DNA of 64,000 nucleotides from Paecilomyces variotii (Eukaryota): NCBI GenBank assembly GCA_004022145.1, contig RCNU01000003.1; one strand, 5' to 3'. Shown piece by piece: positions 61,528 to 64,000 of this stretch (position 1 is its first letter; each line of letters starts with the position of its first letter). The notes under the pieces were generated by a model. It saw only the letters and a program-made list of their open reading frames with translations, ran no database searches and was not told where the DNA came from. The position numbers and the translations under genes were made by a program.

Positions 61528-62235
61528 TCAGGCTTCCCGTTTCTGATCCGGGATGCAGTATGGTGTGCACCAAGCCAGGTCATCTCCAGTATCTCTAGCA
61601 GCGAGGCCCTGAGGCTGCCTTTTCTTGACATCCTCCTTTTTCTCTCCCGGAATGCAGTAAGGAGTGCACCAAGCAAGATCATCACCGCTATCTCTAGCAC
61701 TCGATTGATGCACATCCTCCTTTTTCTCTCCCGGAATGCAGTAAGGCGTGCACCACGCGAGATCATCTCCGGTATCTCTAGTGGCCAAACTGCTGGTCTG
61801 CACATCCTCTTTTTTCTGCCCCGGGATACAGTATGGTGTACACCAGGCAAGATCGTCTCCAGAATCTCTAGCGGTCAAACTGGTAGCTTGGACATCCTCC
61901 TTCTTCTGTCCCGGGATGCAGTAAGGTGTGCACCAGGCGAGATCGTCTCCGGTATCTCTAGTGGCCAAACTGCTAGTCTGCACATCCTCCTTCTTCTGCC
62001 CCGGGATACAGTATGGTGTACACCAGGCAAGATCGTCTCCAGAATCTCTAGTGGCTAAACTGGTAGCTTGGACATCTTCCTGTTTCTGGCCAGGGATGCA
62101 GTACGGCGTACACCAGGCAAGGTCGTCTCCAGTATCTCTGGTATCAAGGTCCAAAGGGGCGGCGTTGGCGCAGAGACATAGGAGGGCAAGCGCTCCAATA
62201 AGAACAAGAGGGTTTCGGAGACATAGAAGCTCCAT
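61528..62235 (-). CDS. Secreted multi-core peptide precursor (Kex2-processed repeat protein; RiPP-like), 7 x GDDLAWCTPYCIP
   Basis: Intronless 235 aa from ATG 62235. Hydrophobic signal ending CANA|AP. Seven repeats, each preceded by LxxR (or SSAR) and followed by KK, KR or KQ. TATAAA at about 62343-62348 (-). Confidence 0.9.
   Translation of the reverse strand: MELLCLRNPLVLIGALALLCLCANAAPLDLDTRDTGDDLAWCTPYCIPGQKQEDVQATSLATRDSGDDLAWCTPYCIPGQKKEDVQTSSLATRDTGDDLAWCTPYCIPGQKKEDVQATSLTARDSGDDLAWCTPYCIPGQKKEDVQTSSLATRDTGDDLAWCTPYCIPGEKKEDVHQSSARDSGDDLAWCTPYCIPGEKKEDVKKRQPQGLAARDTGDDLAWCTPYCIPDQKREA
61537..62140 (-). repeat. Coding tandem repeat, ~90-bp unit with 180-bp higher-order period
   Basis: 61801-61920 is nearly identical to 61981-62100; DTG and DSG units alternate. 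Confidence 0.9.
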
Positions 62236-64000
62236 TTTTGGCACTTGTAAAGCGAATCTGTCTTAGAGGTCTTGATATGATCAGAAGCTGTTTGGTTGGA
62301 GACTAGAAACGATATAGAGATCTATGCCTGAGCTCGAAGACATTTATAACCGCGTCCAAGGGAGGAACAGAATTCAATGGTAGTCCTATGTCTTGGGTAG
62401 GGAAGACGATCGCCTTTTCCATTTTCCCAGTTGGTGTCACTGTGGGTTATAGCATACAAAGCACCTATGATATAACCATAGAGATTATAGATGCTAAACC
62501 CAACGATTCGCAAGAAGCTGTAAGCAAGTGCAACATGTGAATGCATGGCTACCGCGCTATATAAAGAAAGTAGATCTCCAACGTTACATTAAGCGCCCTT
62601 CTTTGTCTATCCTCGGGCACCAAGCTCCTATCATGCTTGATAGCCTGATATGCAAATTGAAATGAGCACCGACATTCTTTATCCACCTAATGTAGCGCGG
62701 CAGCAAGCTGGGGGCGAAGTATGCAAGTTAAATGAAGCGGCAAGGTTATATAACTTGACTTAGCCTGATATGATTGCTGATCTGTGGTGCAGCATCTAAT
62801 ACTGGTAACAGATGGAGAAGGACAAGCATTGTTCATTCAGCGGACCTTGTTGCGGTGAGGCAGCGAGGAGGCTGAACCAGGAAAGATTTCCGACCAGCCC
62901 AGCTTGGGGTTCAATGTTGGCCTCCGTTCATAACAGTAGATCTACACTACAAGATGGCCGGAATAGGTCTACGACAACGGATGGTATCGACAGTCGATTC
63001 CATGATCATCCTGTATTGAATACAAAGTGGCTAGTCCTAATAATCCCCAGCTGGCAGTCTTGATAACTGTTTAGGGGACCGACAACCTATTAACAAAGAA
63101 TGGATGGAGACAGAGTGAGAATTGAATGTTGTAGATATGCGGCTACTTGACACTAGAAGTTGAAAGACCTTACGAGGAATCCAATTGATGAAATTAGTAT
63201 GTTTCTACCCCGCAGTCCTTATGATACAGTACGGGCTGTCATAGCACGACATAAGTCCACAAATACTCTTGTAAGCCGATAAGTGCATGACTGTTTGCGG
63301 CAAAGACACAACACAATGAAGCCCGGTGAGCGTAAAGAGAAGATGTAGCCGAGGTCTTGCTATTTCCTTTGTATGCGATAATTACTGGAGGCAACATACG
63401 AACCTCGATGTTTGGACTGCGGTAGCTCCGAGTAGGTAAGCGCACGTTGTTAACATGAAGTCACCATGGATGCTGCCGAATTAGTCTCTTACCTAGAGCT
63501 CATTTCATCTGTATATTGAAGATGTTTTACTAGATACTAGCGACCAATGAGACTGCTGAAATGCAGCACAAAGGCGACGAGGACCACGATACAAATACCT
63601 GGTCGATTGCGTGTTACTTGGAAAGATCTACAATTGTCTGGCCAATTTGCGATAGTTGCTAGGTATCAGATCTGGTTAACTAGTTACAGATTAGCGCTGA
63701 ATTAGTCATCTGGCGTGAACTCGGGTCGAAGAACCGAACCAGAAGTGGAATTTGTTACATTCGTTTCCAATTTTGTATGAAGTAAGGATGTGTGGTCTGG
63801 TTTCCCATGTCGTTTGGCCTATATCTGCGGCGATAGCTTTATCTGCCGTTATTAGCACGTTGTGGCTGTCTGGGATTACTGACCGTCAAGGCATATGGTC
63901 TAAGGATTATTGTTCTCTTCTGAATGACCACAGCTTTCTCTACGGCTGGATCTGTGGCCTCCTATTTATTCCATTCATCAAAAATGCCACCAGTAGCCTC

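Noticed and set aside
61537-62140. CRISPR-like repeat-spacer array
   Set aside because: Eukaryotic context; repeats vary at third codon positions, spacers are homologous to each other, and no cas genes are present.
61528-62235. Alpha-factor-like pheromone precursor (ppgA), since the core contains WC..C
   Set aside because: Eurotialean alpha pheromones as I recall them are WC-x6-C-type peptides flanked by KR and X-A/X-P dipeptide runs. Here the spacing is C-x3-C, with acidic DxGDD leaders and LxxR sites. Disfavoured but not formally excluded.
61512-62266. Overlapping alternative-frame and antisense repeat ORFs (61512-61850, 61705-62058, 61928-62266)
   Set aside because: These are shadows of the tandem repeat; the synonymous pattern and signal peptide support only the main frame.
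62812-63445. Short ORFs upstream of the peptide precursor as possible tailoring genes
   Set aside because: No HxxHC (DUF3328) or other motif, and no convincing exon chain.

Overview
Fungal genomic DNA with GT-AG introns and CTRAY branch sites. Gene content suggests Eurotiales (Aspergillus/Paecilomyces-like); this is an inference. About 22 apparently intact genes can be supported. Core genes include the 3' end of a DUF917/hydantoinase-type gene, glutamate decarboxylase, a Zn2Cys6 factor, an EutQ-like cupin, Dbf2/SidB kinase, Fmp46, acyl-protein thioesterase, rpl32, an FMO, smc5, a class-3 lipase, trm44, an FMN alpha-hydroxy-acid oxidase and a DUF3445-like protein. There are two accessory or decayed blocks (about 18.3-23.5 kb and 31.9-37.0 kb) and a disrupted Pth11-like pseudogene. 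The standout is a secreted repeat-peptide precursor at 61528-62235 (-). It has a signal peptide plus 7 copies of an invariant GDDLAWCTPYCIP core flanked by LxxR and KK/KR-type protease sites, with only synonymous changes in the core. It is a candidate new fungal RiPP/KEP, disulfide peptide or atypical signalling peptide. The second highlight is a compact copper-uptake locus (BIM1-like His-brace GPI protein, Ctr transporter, Met/Cys-rich metalloreductase) whose promoters share an AATCTGCTCA Mac1/CuRE-like motif. Exon boundaries were read by eye, and family names come from motif recognition, not database searches.
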